From assembly GCA_964344085.1 (NCBI GenBank), contig CAYFMA010000024.1:16896-40895 (forward strand): a stretch of DNA of 24,000 bases, in the 5' to 3' direction. This document shows, piece after piece, positions 1 to 8,395 of the stretch (the first letter of the stretch is position 1; each line of letters starts with the position of its first letter). The notes under the pieces were generated by a model. It made no database searches. It saw only the letters and a program-made list of their open reading frames with translations, and was not told the DNA's origin. A program made the position numbers and the translations under genes. The stretch is from an uncultured Mycobacterium sp. (GTDB lineage: Bacteria; Actinomycetota; Actinomycetes; Mycobacteriales; Mycobacteriaceae).

Positions 1-303
1 GACGTCCTGGAGATCCATGAGTCGGATGCCGAGACGCGTGGCATCGCCGACGGTTCCTGGGTCACCTTGGCGAGCAGGGTGGGCTCGACGGTGATGCGCG
101 CGGCGATCTCGGAGCGGGTGCCGCCGGGCGTGGTCTACACCACCTTCCACTTCCCGTTGAGCGGAGCGAACGTCGTCACCACCGAGTACTCGGACTGGGC
201 GACGAACTGCCCGGAGTACAAGGTGACCGCGGTCGAGGTCAGTCCCCGCAGCCGCGGCCCCATCGACTTGGACGAGACCGCCGAATGCAGATCGACACTC
301 TGA
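1..303 (+). CDS. Formate dehydrogenase / molybdopterin oxidoreductase catalytic (alpha) subunit, C-terminal fragment (5' end lies outside the window)
   Basis: Frame 1 is open from nt 1 to TGA at 301-303. The translation DVLEIHESDAETRGIADGSWVTL...VVYTTFHFP...NCPEYKVTAVEV looks like the C-terminal molybdopterin-dinucleotide-binding barrel of MoCo oxidoreductases. An FdsD-like gene overlaps its 3' end. Confidence 0.8.
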   Translation, partial: DVLEIHESDAETRGIADGSWVTLASRVGSTVMRAAISERVPPGVVYTTFHFPLSGANVVTTEYSDWATNCPEYKVTAVEVSPRSRGPIDLDETAECRSTL

Positions 304-491
304 TCCGGATGGGCGGGGAGATCGCCCGCAACAACGCCGCGCTGCCCCACGATCAGGCCGTCGACCGTATCGCCGGTCACCTCAAATCGTTCTGGACGGT
401 GGCGATGATCAGTCAGCTCGAGCAGTACGCCCGGATCGATCCCGGCGCATTGGATCCGCTGCTACTCGAGGCGCTGCGATCGGCGAACTGA
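285..491 (+). CDS. fdsD: Formate dehydrogenase delta subunit (FdsD-like), 68 aa
   Basis: MQIDTLIRMGGEIA...IAGHLKSFW... follows the FdsD family pattern (hLIrMaNqIa ... ia.Hl..FW). It overlaps the FDH alpha gene by 19 nt. Size is typical for the family (about 70 aa). Confidence 0.75.
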   Translation: MQIDTLIRMGGEIARNNAALPHDQAVDRIAGHLKSFWTVAMISQLEQYARIDPGALDPLLLEALRSAN

Positions 492-509
492 TCGCCCGGG
501 GGAGGGCTG

Positions 510-911
510 TCACCTCTGGACGAGGGTGTGCCCGTCGGCCGTCCACCCGTTGAGCCCGTCGGCCAGTTCGTAGATGTGGGTGATGCCCGCCCCCTGCATC
601 TGGGCCACCGCCATCTTCGACCGGTGGCCGCTGCGGCAGTAGACGGCGTAGGTGGCCTTCGGGTCCAGCCGCGCGATGCGCTCGATGAAGTCCGGCTGCT
701 GCACCGGGATGTTCACCGCACCGGCGATGTGGCCGTCGGCGAACTCGGCAGGCGTCCGGACGTCGATGATCTGAACCCCCGGCTGCTCGACCACCTTCGC
801 GAACTCGGCCACCCCGACCCGGCCGGCCGCACCGGCCTGGGCGGCCTGCGTCGTCGTCGAGCACCCGGTGAGCAGGGCGGTCAAGGCGAGAACGGCAAGC
901 AGGAGTTTCAT
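510..911 (-). CDS. Rhodanese-domain sulfurtransferase lipoprotein
   Basis: Signal peptide with lipobox LLTGC. Rhodanese active-site loop CRSGHRS. The ATG overlaps the upstream WS/DGAT stop codon (TGATG). Confidence 0.85.
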   Translation of the reverse strand: MKLLLAVLALTALLTGCSTTTQAAQAGAAGRVGVAEFAKVVEQPGVQIIDVRTPAEFADGHIAGAVNIPVQQPDFIERIARLDPKATYAVYCRSGHRSKMAVAQMQGAGITHIYELADGLNGWTADGHTLVQR

Positions 912-2437
912 CAGCTCAGCGGGTCCTTCGTGATCACCTCGGGTCCAATGACTTCGTGGAAACCGTAGCGCAGGCTCTCCATCAGCTGCTCACGGTCACC
1001 GACCGCCGCGTCGTCGCTGCTGACTCCCACGCTGGCGGTACCGCAGTAGGTCAGCATCGTGACGTTGATGGCCGCACCGATGGTGCCGACCAACGGGTAC
1101 ATCCGCTCGACCTTCGCTCCGGCCAGCCACACCGGCACCGGGATACCCGGCACGTTCGACGCCGTCAGGTCCGACGTCTGCGCGGCCGCCGACACCTTGT
1201 CCGGCGGCAGGAAACGGCTCAGCTCGGCGAGATAGTCGGCCAGTTTCAGCGCCGGCTCGGCGCGCCAGCTGCGAACGGTCTCGGCAGCGGTGGCCAGGAT
1301 GTTGTCGACATCGTTGCTCACCGGGATCTCGAAGCGTGCGATGGTCACCGCATTGGTCTGCTCGGCCGAGGTGCGCAACGAGATCGGCATGTTCATCCGC
1401 AGCGCGTCGATCGGATGGCCCATCGCCTCGTGATAGTGGTTGAGCCCCACGCTGATCGCCGCGAGGAACAGATCGTTGACCGTGCGGTCGCGCTTCTTCG
1501 AGGCCGCCTTGTACAGATCGAAGTCCAGCTCGATGGTGTCGAAGTGGTAGTTGATGCTGCGGCCCTGCATGATCGGCGACATCGGCCCGCCGGGAACCTT
1601 GGTGAACTTGATCAGCGACTCGACGTTCTCGCGCACCGAACCGATTGCGCCCAGCGGGTCCTTGATGATCGACATCGCCAGCGGCCCGATGCCTTTGATG
1701 ACATCCTCGGCGGTGCGCATCGCCAGCCCCACGTTGTTGCGGACCACAGCCTGCAGGAAGCCCTTGGTGTCCAGCACCACCGGTTCGGGGGCATCGGGCA
1801 TCGGGCCCAGATCGGCGCCCTCCTCGGCGAAGTCCAGCACCGCCAGTGCGATCTGCACCGCGCCCTGCCCGTCGGCGATCGCATGGTGCAGCTTCTGGAT
1901 CACCACCGAACGGCCGTCGGGCAGATCCTCCAGCAGCGTCACCTGCCACAGCGGACGATCCTTGTCGAAGTCGGCCATACTCGCGCGCCGCGCCACCGCG
2001 AGCACGTCGTCCCACGTCGAACCCTTGTGCATGCTGAACCGGCGCATGTGGAAGGACAGATCGAAGTTCGGGTCGACGACCACCCGCGGGGTCTGCAGGT
2101 CGAGCGGCCCCTCGACCACCTTGGAGCGCAGCACCGGGGCGAGTCGGGTGGCCCGCTCGTAGCGATCGCAGAGCCTCTCCCAGTCCGGGCTCTTCTCCAG
2201 CACCAGCACGCCGAGGATGGTCGAGCGCATGACCGGATCGTCGGTTGCCATCCGCCAGGTCGCGAAGTCCCAGCCGCCGAGGCGGCGGGCCTGGGTGATG
2301 GTGTCCTCACCGCGCAGCACCTTCGGCGCCTTCTTCGGGGCGGCCTTGGCGGCGGCCTTCTTCGCCGGCGCCTTCTTGGCGGCGGCTTTCTTGGCCGGCG
2401 CCTTCTTGGCCGCCTTCTTCGCGGGGGTGTCAGCCAC
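911..2437 (-). CDS. Wax ester synthase / diacylglycerol O-acyltransferase (WS/DGAT, Tgs-like) with an N-terminal Lys/Ala-rich tail
   Basis: Catalytic HHxxxDG motif (HHAIADGQG) and a typical WS/DGAT length. GTG start at 2437 is preceded by the strong SD GAGGAGGA (2441-2448 on the + strand, read in reverse complement). Confidence 0.9.
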   Translation of the reverse strand: MADTPAKKAAKKAPAKKAAAKKAPAKKAAAKAAPKKAPKVLRGEDTITQARRLGGWDFATWRMATDDPVMRSTILGVLVLEKSPDWERLCDRYERATRLAPVLRSKVVEGPLDLQTPRVVVDPNFDLSFHMRRFSMHKGSTWDDVLAVARRASMADFDKDRPLWQVTLLEDLPDGRSVVIQKLHHAIADGQGAVQIALAVLDFAEEGADLGPMPDAPEPVVLDTKGFLQAVVRNNVGLAMRTAEDVIKGIGPLAMSIIKDPLGAIGSVRENVESLIKFTKVPGGPMSPIMQGRSINYHFDTIELDFDLYKAASKKRDRTVNDLFLAAISVGLNHYHEAMGHPIDALRMNMPISLRTSAEQTNAVTIARFEIPVSNDVDNILATAAETVRSWRAEPALKLADYLAELSRFLPPDKVSAAAQTSDLTASNVPGIPVPVWLAGAKVERMYPLVGTIGAAINVTMLTYCGTASVGVSSDDAAVGDREQLMESLRYGFHEVIGPEVITKDPLS

Positions 2438-2515
2438 GGTTCCTCCTCATTCCCCCGATCGGGGACTCCCTAGAGACTAAGGGGCCGCTCCGGGGGCCAC
2501 GGTAGGTTCACTGCG

Positions 2516-3487
2516 ATGAACCTCGGCGCACAGACCATCGACTGGCTCTACAACGTCCAACTGCAGGTGGACGACGAATGGGCGGTCCGCACGCCGACCG
2601 GTTTCACCTGGTGGGCCGACCAGAACGCCCAGACCATCGAGGTCATCGGCGAGGACACCGGTCCCGACGGACAGCCCGGCTTCACCATCGCGGTGCGCAC
2701 CGAGCTGCTGACCGATCTGGACCTCACCGACGAGGTGCTCAAGGACCTCAACGACGGACCGATGCGCTGCGCGGCGATGGACGGACCCGTCTACGACGAG
2801 GCGACCCGAACTCTGAGCCTGTGCTCGCTGGTGCGGGTGCACGGCGAGATCGCGTCCTGGATGCGGATCCTGATCTCCAGCGCCGCGGTGCTGCAGATCG
2901 CCGAGGCGCGCACCCTCGGCCCGGTCTTCGCCGAACAGTTCGACGCCAAGCCGGCCTTGAGTGGACACCCCACCAACGGCCTGCGGCCGGAGCCCGACGA
3001 TATGTGCTTCACCGCGGGCATGTTCCTCGAGCAGGGCAAGCAGCCGTGCGCCTGGCAGGCCGAGGAATTCGAGGAGTCGGTCAAGCAGTACATGTCGGCG
3101 CCGCCGGCGGTGCGCTCCTCGCACGCCGGACTCGGCGCCACCGTCGAGTTCCCGTTCGGTGAGCGCACCTCACTGTGCGTACTCACCGGCGAGCAGGTCC
3201 ACCCGATCTACGGCAACGGCCTGCTGATCGTGCAGCGCTTCCCACTCGCAGCCGACAGCCCGGCTCTCGGTGTGCGGATGTCACTGGACCTCAACGCCGC
3301 CGACCTCACCCGCCAGGTCGCCGGCTACGGGTTCGGCAGTTACGCCTATGTCGACGACATGGTCTGCTTCACCGGGTTCATCCCCAACGCGCTGCGCCAG
3401 CCCGGGCTGCTGGCCAGCATCTACTTCTCCTGCGCCACTCGCGCGCACTCGATGGCGATCCGCCTGATGAACGCCCCCTGGAACTAG
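2516..3487 (+). CDS. Conserved hypothetical protein (323 aa), no motif recognised
   Basis: Long ORF with GC3-rich codon usage. ATG at 2516 lies 7 nt after a TAGGTT box. The next gene follows after 9 nt, suggesting an operon with the ThrE-family gene. Confidence 0.75.
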   Translation: MNLGAQTIDWLYNVQLQVDDEWAVRTPTGFTWWADQNAQTIEVIGEDTGPDGQPGFTIAVRTELLTDLDLTDEVLKDLNDGPMRCAAMDGPVYDEATRTLSLCSLVRVHGEIASWMRILISSAAVLQIAEARTLGPVFAEQFDAKPALSGHPTNGLRPEPDDMCFTAGMFLEQGKQPCAWQAEEFEESVKQYMSAPPAVRSSHAGLGATVEFPFGERTSLCVLTGEQVHPIYGNGLLIVQRFPLAADSPALGVRMSLDLNAADLTRQVAGYGFGSYAYVDDMVCFTGFIPNALRQPGLLASIYFSCATRAHSMAIRLMNAPWN

Positions 3488-3496
3488 CATCGCGGC

Positions 3497-4780
3497 ATGT
3501 CCTGGATCAGCGACAAGCTGCGTAAGCCGGTGCCGCCGGCGCTGGCGCCGCCGGGCAGCTACGACCCGGCCGATGTGGCCGACATGCTGCGCGAGATCGG
3601 CGTCGCCATGGTGGAGACCTCCCAGCCCGTCCAGGTGGTCGAGCAGCGTCTGCTGCAGATCGGCGCCCGCTACACCACCGAGACCGTGCAGGCGGCCGTG
3701 CTGCCCACCATGCTGCTGATCCAGATCGGCACCTCCGCCTATCAGATGGAGACCTCCGTCCAGAGCTCCGGGCAGATGAACATGGCGGGCAAGACCGACG
3801 AGATCCTCAACCTGGCCGCCGCCGGCGCGATCACCCCGAAGGATGCCGTCGAGGCGGTGCGTGCCGCCCGGAATCTGCCACCGCGGTTCGGGCCGTGGAC
3901 CACCACGCTGGGCTACGCGTTGACCTCGGTCGGCTTCGGCATGGTGATCGACCCGTCCTGGAAGGGTCTGCTGGCGCATCTGTTCCTCGGTCTGGTTGTC
4001 GGCCTCATCGTGCAGATCGCCCGGCCGTATCCGAACATGGCGCCGATCCTGCCCACCTTCGCGGCGGTCGTCGTCACCCTGCTGGCCACCTGGTTCGTCG
4101 CCGACGTCGCCGAGAGCGGACTGTTGCGGGTGATCACCCCGGCGCTGATCGCGACCCTGCCGGGTATGACGCTGGTGATCGGCAGCATCGAATTGGCCGG
4201 CGGCAGAATCATTTCCGGCGCGAGTCGCACGATCTACGGGCTCGCCCAGATGGGTCTGCTGATCTACGGCGTGGTGCTCGGTATCCGCATCGCCGGTGAG
4301 ATCCCGCCGCTGGCGCCGCAGCCGGTTCTGGGGCCGTGGACGGTCTACGCGTCGATCCCGGTGATCGCCGTCGGGCTCTACATCTATCTGTCCGCGCCCA
4401 AGCGCTCGTTCTTCTGGCTGCTGCTGACCATCGCGGTGGCCACCCTGACCCAGACCTTCGCCGGGGAGGCGCTCAACATCGGCCACTCCGGCTTCATCGC
4501 CGCCATGGTGGCGATCCCGTTCGCCGTACTGAGCTCTCAGATCAAGGGCGCCCCACCGGCCACCGTGCTGACCCTGGCCGCGTTCTGGTCACTGGTGCCC
4601 GGGCAGCTGACGTTCATGTCGCTGGGACGGACGGCCGCCGGCGATCTGACGAGCCTGGCCAACCTGAGCGTGGCCGGGGCCGCCATCATCTCGATCGCCC
4701 TCGGTGCGCTGGTGGGCTGGACGATCGTGCGCACGGTGAGCAGGACGCCGCAACGCCCGGTCTCCCCGTCATTGATTTAG
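3497..4780 (+). CDS. Threonine/serine exporter (ThrE) family membrane protein
   Basis: An N-terminal soluble-like region (DVADMLREIGVAMVETSQPV...) is followed by about 10 hydrophobic helices. This two-part architecture is typical of ThrE (DUF1212 + DUF3815) proteins. Confidence 0.7.
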   Translation: MSWISDKLRKPVPPALAPPGSYDPADVADMLREIGVAMVETSQPVQVVEQRLLQIGARYTTETVQAAVLPTMLLIQIGTSAYQMETSVQSSGQMNMAGKTDEILNLAAAGAITPKDAVEAVRAARNLPPRFGPWTTTLGYALTSVGFGMVIDPSWKGLLAHLFLGLVVGLIVQIARPYPNMAPILPTFAAVVVTLLATWFVADVAESGLLRVITPALIATLPGMTLVIGSIELAGGRIISGASRTIYGLAQMGLLIYGVVLGIRIAGEIPPLAPQPVLGPWTVYASIPVIAVGLYIYLSAPKRSFFWLLLTIAVATLTQTFAGEALNIGHSGFIAAMVAIPFAVLSSQIKGAPPATVLTLAAFWSLVPGQLTFMSLGRTAAGDLTSLANLSVAGAAIISIALGALVGWTIVRTVSRTPQRPVSPSLI

Positions 4781-4790
4781 CCGAGCTGAT

Positions 4791-6512
4791 CTAGCCGAAT
4801 TTCTTCTGTCCGGCCACCCAGGTTTCCGAGACCGTGATGGTCTCGATCTTCTCCGGATCGCTGGTGTACGGGTCGGACTCGAGGATGGTGAGATCGGCTT
4901 CCTTGCCGGCCTCCAGTGTGCCGATGGTGTCGGCCAGCCCGATATGGCGGGCGGCGTTGATCGTGACGGCCCTCATCGCCTGATCGATCGTGAGGCACAG
5001 ATCCTTCCCGAGCACCGATCCGTCGACCGAGCAGCGCCGGGTGACGGCGGTCTGCACGATGCGCAGCGGGTTCGGCGGCAGGCCCGCGGCGGGGGCATCG
5101 GAATGCAGCGAGAACTCCATCCCGGCCTGGGCGGCCGCACCGGCCGGCGCCATGAACTCCGCGCGCTGCGCGCCGAAGATCTGATCGCGGTAGGCCGCGC
5201 CGTACAGATAGATGAAGTCCGGGATGAACGTCGGCTCGATGCCGAGGGTCTTCATCCGCTCGATCTGATCGCGGCGGGCCATCGTCGCGTGATCGATGCG
5301 GTTGATGCCGAGTGGGGAGTCCTTGCCGTACACCGCCTCGATGGCGTCGATGGCCTCCTGCACCGCGGCATCGCCCTGGCAGTGGATCATGATCGGCCAG
5401 CCGGCGTCCTTGGCCGACTGGCACAGCGCGGCGAACTCGGTCGGGGTGTAGTTGGCCTTGCCGGTGCTCGTGCTGTTCAGATACGGCTGCGACTGTGCGG
5501 CCATCTCGGCCTGATTGGACCCGTCGGCCCACATCTTCATGCCGTACAGCGACAGCCGGCTGCCCGCGATGTGGCGGGCCTTGTTCGACGGGCCCAGCGC
5601 GGCGAAGGTCTTGCTCGCCTCGGCGGCGTCGGTGCTGAAGCTGGCGGACAGCCGGACGTCGAGAGCGTTGGACAGTTGCGCAAGGCCGTCGATGGCCTGC
5701 GGCCGGATGGTGCCGGGCTCATGCAGGGTGGTGTTGCCCGCCGCCGCCACCTTCTTGGTGTAGGCCATGATCGCCTCGGCCATCGCCTGCGGCGTGCCGG
5801 CCGGGACGGCCGCGCCGATGAAGCGCAGCAGGGCCGGCTGCTCGTAGATGCTGCCGTCGAGCTTGCCGTCGGCCCCTCTGCCGAAATGCCCGCCGCCGGG
5901 CAGGGTTCCGACATCCTCGGCGACGCCGGCCTTCTCGAACGCGCACGCGTTGGCGGCGCCGACGTGGCCGTTGACGTACATGACGAAGATCGGATGTGCG
6001 GTCGATACGGCGTCGAGATCGGCTCCGGTGAGGTCGCCGCCCTGCAGCAGGTTGTCGTAGAAGCCGCAGGCGATCCATTGTCCGGCTTCGGTTTTCGCCG
6101 CGATGCCCTTGAGGTGGACGAGCATCTCGGCCCTGGTGTGGAACTGGGTGTAGCCGACGTCTTTCAGGGCGCCGCCGAGCACGGCAGCCAGGGTGTAGTG
6201 GTGGTGCGGGTCGACCAGGCCCGGCAGCAGGGTGCGGCCGGCCAGGTCGACGATCCGGGTCTTGGGGCCTTTCAGGGCCTGCATGTCATCGGCCGAACCG
6301 GCGCCCAGGATGGTGGAGCCCGCGATGGCCAGCGCCTGGACCGGATCGCCGGCCATGGTGCGGATGGTGCCGCTCTGGAAGATGACGTCGGCGACGGTGG
6401 GCGGGGCCGATGGTCCACCCTGTGGTGCGGAGGCGGCGTGCCGGCGGGCCGGCAGATACAGGCCCTCGGTCAGACGGTCGGCGATGGGGGACGGCTCACA
6501 CCAACGGCACAT
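4791..6512 (-). CDS. Metal-dependent amidohydrolase (Amidohydro_3 / YtcJ-like)
   Basis: HxH metal motif in LLPGLVDPHHHY, and an ADVIFQSGTIRTM... N-terminal beta-sandwich pattern. The track ORF extends to 6719. I moved the start to the ATG at 6512, the most downstream in-frame start before the conserved core, because it avoids overlapping the divergent gene at 6544. Confidence 0.8.
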   Translation of the reverse strand: MCRWCEPSPIADRLTEGLYLPARRHAASAPQGGPSAPPTVADVIFQSGTIRTMAGDPVQALAIAGSTILGAGSADDMQALKGPKTRIVDLAGRTLLPGLVDPHHHYTLAAVLGGALKDVGYTQFHTRAEMLVHLKGIAAKTEAGQWIACGFYDNLLQGGDLTGADLDAVSTAHPIFVMYVNGHVGAANACAFEKAGVAEDVGTLPGGGHFGRGADGKLDGSIYEQPALLRFIGAAVPAGTPQAMAEAIMAYTKKVAAAGNTTLHEPGTIRPQAIDGLAQLSNALDVRLSASFSTDAAEASKTFAALGPSNKARHIAGSRLSLYGMKMWADGSNQAEMAAQSQPYLNSTSTGKANYTPTEFAALCQSAKDAGWPIMIHCQGDAAVQEAIDAIEAVYGKDSPLGINRIDHATMARRDQIERMKTLGIEPTFIPDFIYLYGAAYRDQIFGAQRAEFMAPAGAAAQAGMEFSLHSDAPAAGLPPNPLRIVQTAVTRRCSVDGSVLGKDLCLTIDQAMRAVTINAARHIGLADTIGTLEAGKEADLTILESDPYTSDPEKIETITVSETWVAGQKKFG

Positions 6513-6543
6513 GGCGGCAAGCTTAAGCAAGTAGCTTGATGCG

Positions 6544-7503
6544 ATGCAGACACTCATCGCGGTTCGTTCACCCCTGATCGCCGGTACGGCTCTCGCCGTC
6601 GGCATCGGCGTGCTGCCCGCAGCGCCGCCGGCCCAGATCTCGCTGGCGTCCTTCGACAGCCCGCTGTCGGAACTGATCAGCACCGCGGTGTTGATCAACA
6701 ACGACATCTTCAACGGCACCGACGTGTTCGGTGACTACCAGTGGGAGCCCTATCAGGGTGCATTGCCGGAGTTCATCTACACGGCGTTGCCGATCATCAG
6801 CCAGATGGGCTACAACGGGGCCGCCGACATCGGCGGGACCGTCGACGCGGTGGGCACCTCGGCCTACATCCTCAGTGAGGCGGTCTGGAATCTGCCCGCG
6901 GCGGTGGTGACCGCCACCCAGCAGGCGATCGGCGGTGACATCCCCGGTGCGATCACGACCCTGACCAATGCGACGGTGGTGCCATTGCAAGATGCCGTCT
7001 ATACCACCGTCGATGCACTCAACGTCGTCGTCAACGCGGTGGCCGCGCGCCTCGCGGGCTTCGTCGCGGTGATGCCCGGCATCCTGCAGGGCCTGGTGAC
7101 CACGACCGTCGGTTCGGTGCAGGCGGTGGTCAACGCGGCGGTCACCATCGTCACCCAGACCGTCGGTGCGCTGTCGACGGGAGACATCGAGACCGCGTGG
7201 AACACGGTCGTCGACGGACTGCTCGGGCCGGTCGGGGCGGACGGAGCGGTGACGTCGAGCATCGCCGGCGTCATCGAGAACGTGACGATAGGACCCGGAC
7301 TGGGACCGCTGGGAAACCCGAACGGCTATGCGCTGCCGAGCTTCCGGATGTGGGGCGAGCAGTCGCAACTGCAGATCGCCAATGCCATCGGGGCGTCGTA
7401 TCCGGTACCGGCGGCGGCGATGAAGCGCTCAGCGCACAAGACCGCTGCGAAGGCGACCGCCGCGAAGGCGAGCGTTAGACCAGAAAAACGTCGTCGAGGG
7501 TGA
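6544..7503 (+). CDS. Ala/Val/Thr/Gly-rich hypothetical protein with an N-terminal hydrophobic signal or anchor and a basic Lys/Ala C-terminal tail
   Basis: ATG at 6544 lies 6 nt after a TAGCTT box. N-terminus is SPLIAGTALAVGIGVLPAAPPA. The C-terminal 30 aa are KRSAHKTAAKATAAKASVRPEKRRRG-like. Coding-type GC3 bias. Confidence 0.65.
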   Translation: MQTLIAVRSPLIAGTALAVGIGVLPAAPPAQISLASFDSPLSELISTAVLINNDIFNGTDVFGDYQWEPYQGALPEFIYTALPIISQMGYNGAADIGGTVDAVGTSAYILSEAVWNLPAAVVTATQQAIGGDIPGAITTLTNATVVPLQDAVYTTVDALNVVVNAVAARLAGFVAVMPGILQGLVTTTVGSVQAVVNAAVTIVTQTVGALSTGDIETAWNTVVDGLLGPVGADGAVTSSIAGVIENVTIGPGLGPLGNPNGYALPSFRMWGEQSQLQIANAIGASYPVPAAAMKRSAHKTAAKATAAKASVRPEKRRRG

Positions 7504-8284
7504 CGGTGCGCAGATTGCGCGACTTGATGAGGTCCACCAGCGTTCCGTAGACGTGGGTGACCGGCATGTGGTTGAGGTGGCCGATCACGATCCGCTGAGG
7601 CTGGAAGTACTTGTCGGCCATCTGCTTGATGTAGTCCTCGGTGATCAGCGTCGAGTCCGAGAGCGAGCCGTTCCACAGCGTCGTCGCCGTGTAGCCGAGG
7701 TCGGCGGCGATCTTGCGGACCGTCTCGTTGTGGTTGCCGTACGGCGGGCGATAGAACGGCTTGGCGTCCACGCCGTAGTTGTTGGCCAGGAAGCGGTCGT
7801 TGCGCATCAGCTGGTCGGCGATCTCGGATGAGGAGATCGTCGTCAGGTCCGGATGCGACCAGGTGTGATTGGCCAGCTGGATCTGGCGGGACTCGACCAG
7901 CGGCCGCAGCTGCGCCAGGTTGTCGGTCCACGAGTCGTTGACGCCGTTGACGAAATAGGTCAGCCGGATACCGGTGTCCTTTGCGAACTGGGTGTAGAGC
8001 CGGACCACATCGGAGTTGACGCCGTCGTCGACGGTCAGCGCCATCATGTCGCCCTCGCCGGGCAGGTTGTAGAGGACGCCGTCACCCGGCAGCGGGACGC
8101 GGGCCGAGGCGGGCGGCGGGGGAAGCAGGCCGGTGTCGGCCGGCGACTCGGCGTTGGCAGGAAGGACCGGAACGGACGACTGACGGGGCCTGTCGGTGTC
8201 GATGGTGGCGTGGGCGAGACCGACGCCGGCGACGGTGGCTGCGGCCAATGAGGCCAGGAATCGCCGCCGATCCAGATCAGACAC
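7475..8284 (-). CDS. Tat-exported polysaccharide deacetylase (NodB homology domain, CE4)
   Basis: Twin-arginine signal SDLDRRRFLASLAAATVAGVGLAHA. NodB motifs LTVDDG and HTWSHP. I moved the start from the track's 8500 to the GTG at 8284, directly before the Tat signal and 7 nt after a TAGTCT box. The GTG at 8329 is an alternative start. Confidence 0.8.
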   Translation of the reverse strand: MSDLDRRRFLASLAAATVAGVGLAHATIDTDRPRQSSVPVLPANAESPADTGLLPPPPASARVPLPGDGVLYNLPGEGDMMALTVDDGVNSDVVRLYTQFAKDTGIRLTYFVNGVNDSWTDNLAQLRPLVESRQIQLANHTWSHPDLTTISSSEIADQLMRNDRFLANNYGVDAKPFYRPPYGNHNETVRKIAADLGYTATTLWNGSLSDSTLITEDYIKQMADKYFQPQRIVIGHLNHMPVTHVYGTLVDLIKSRNLRTVTLDDVFLV

Positions 8285-8372
8285 GACGGGCAGACTATCT
8301 GGTCCGGTCGCGGCGACACGCCGATCCACGACGTCGGGCCCGGGATTGTGGCCTTTCCGAGACAAGTCTCTG

Positions 8373-8395
8373 TTTGCCCGCCTCGTAGCGACAAC
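8373..8395. repeat. Exact 23-nt copy (TTTGCCCGCCTCGTAGCGACAAC) of the arm of the 12968-13034 inverted repeat
   Basis: Direct string identity with 12970-12992 and with the reverse complement of 13010-13032. It lies in the divergent intergenic region between the deacetylase and phosphatase genes. Confidence 0.9.

Noticed and set aside
956-2473. 505-aa ORF on the + strand, plus nested ORFs at 996-2015 and 1551-2162
   Set aside because: It is antisense to the WS/DGAT gene, which has a catalytic motif and an SD. The translation is Arg/Gly/His/Pro-rich low-complexity sequence, typical of spurious open frames in high-GC DNA.
3281-4486. 401-aa - strand ORF opposite the ThrE-family gene
   Set aside because: R/G/D/Q-rich composition with no hydrophobic or catalytic pattern. 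The + strand product is a coherent polytopic membrane protein.
4944-6539. 531-aa + strand ORF opposite the amidohydrolase
   Set aside because: Same high-GC antisense artefact (R/G/A/D-rich, no motifs). The - strand gene carries the HxH amidohydrolase signature.
6513-6719. Amidohydrolase start at 6719 or 6557
   Set aside because: Either start would overlap the divergent gene starting at 6544 and add a non-conserved N-terminus. The ATG at 6512 is retained, although the exact start remains uncertain.
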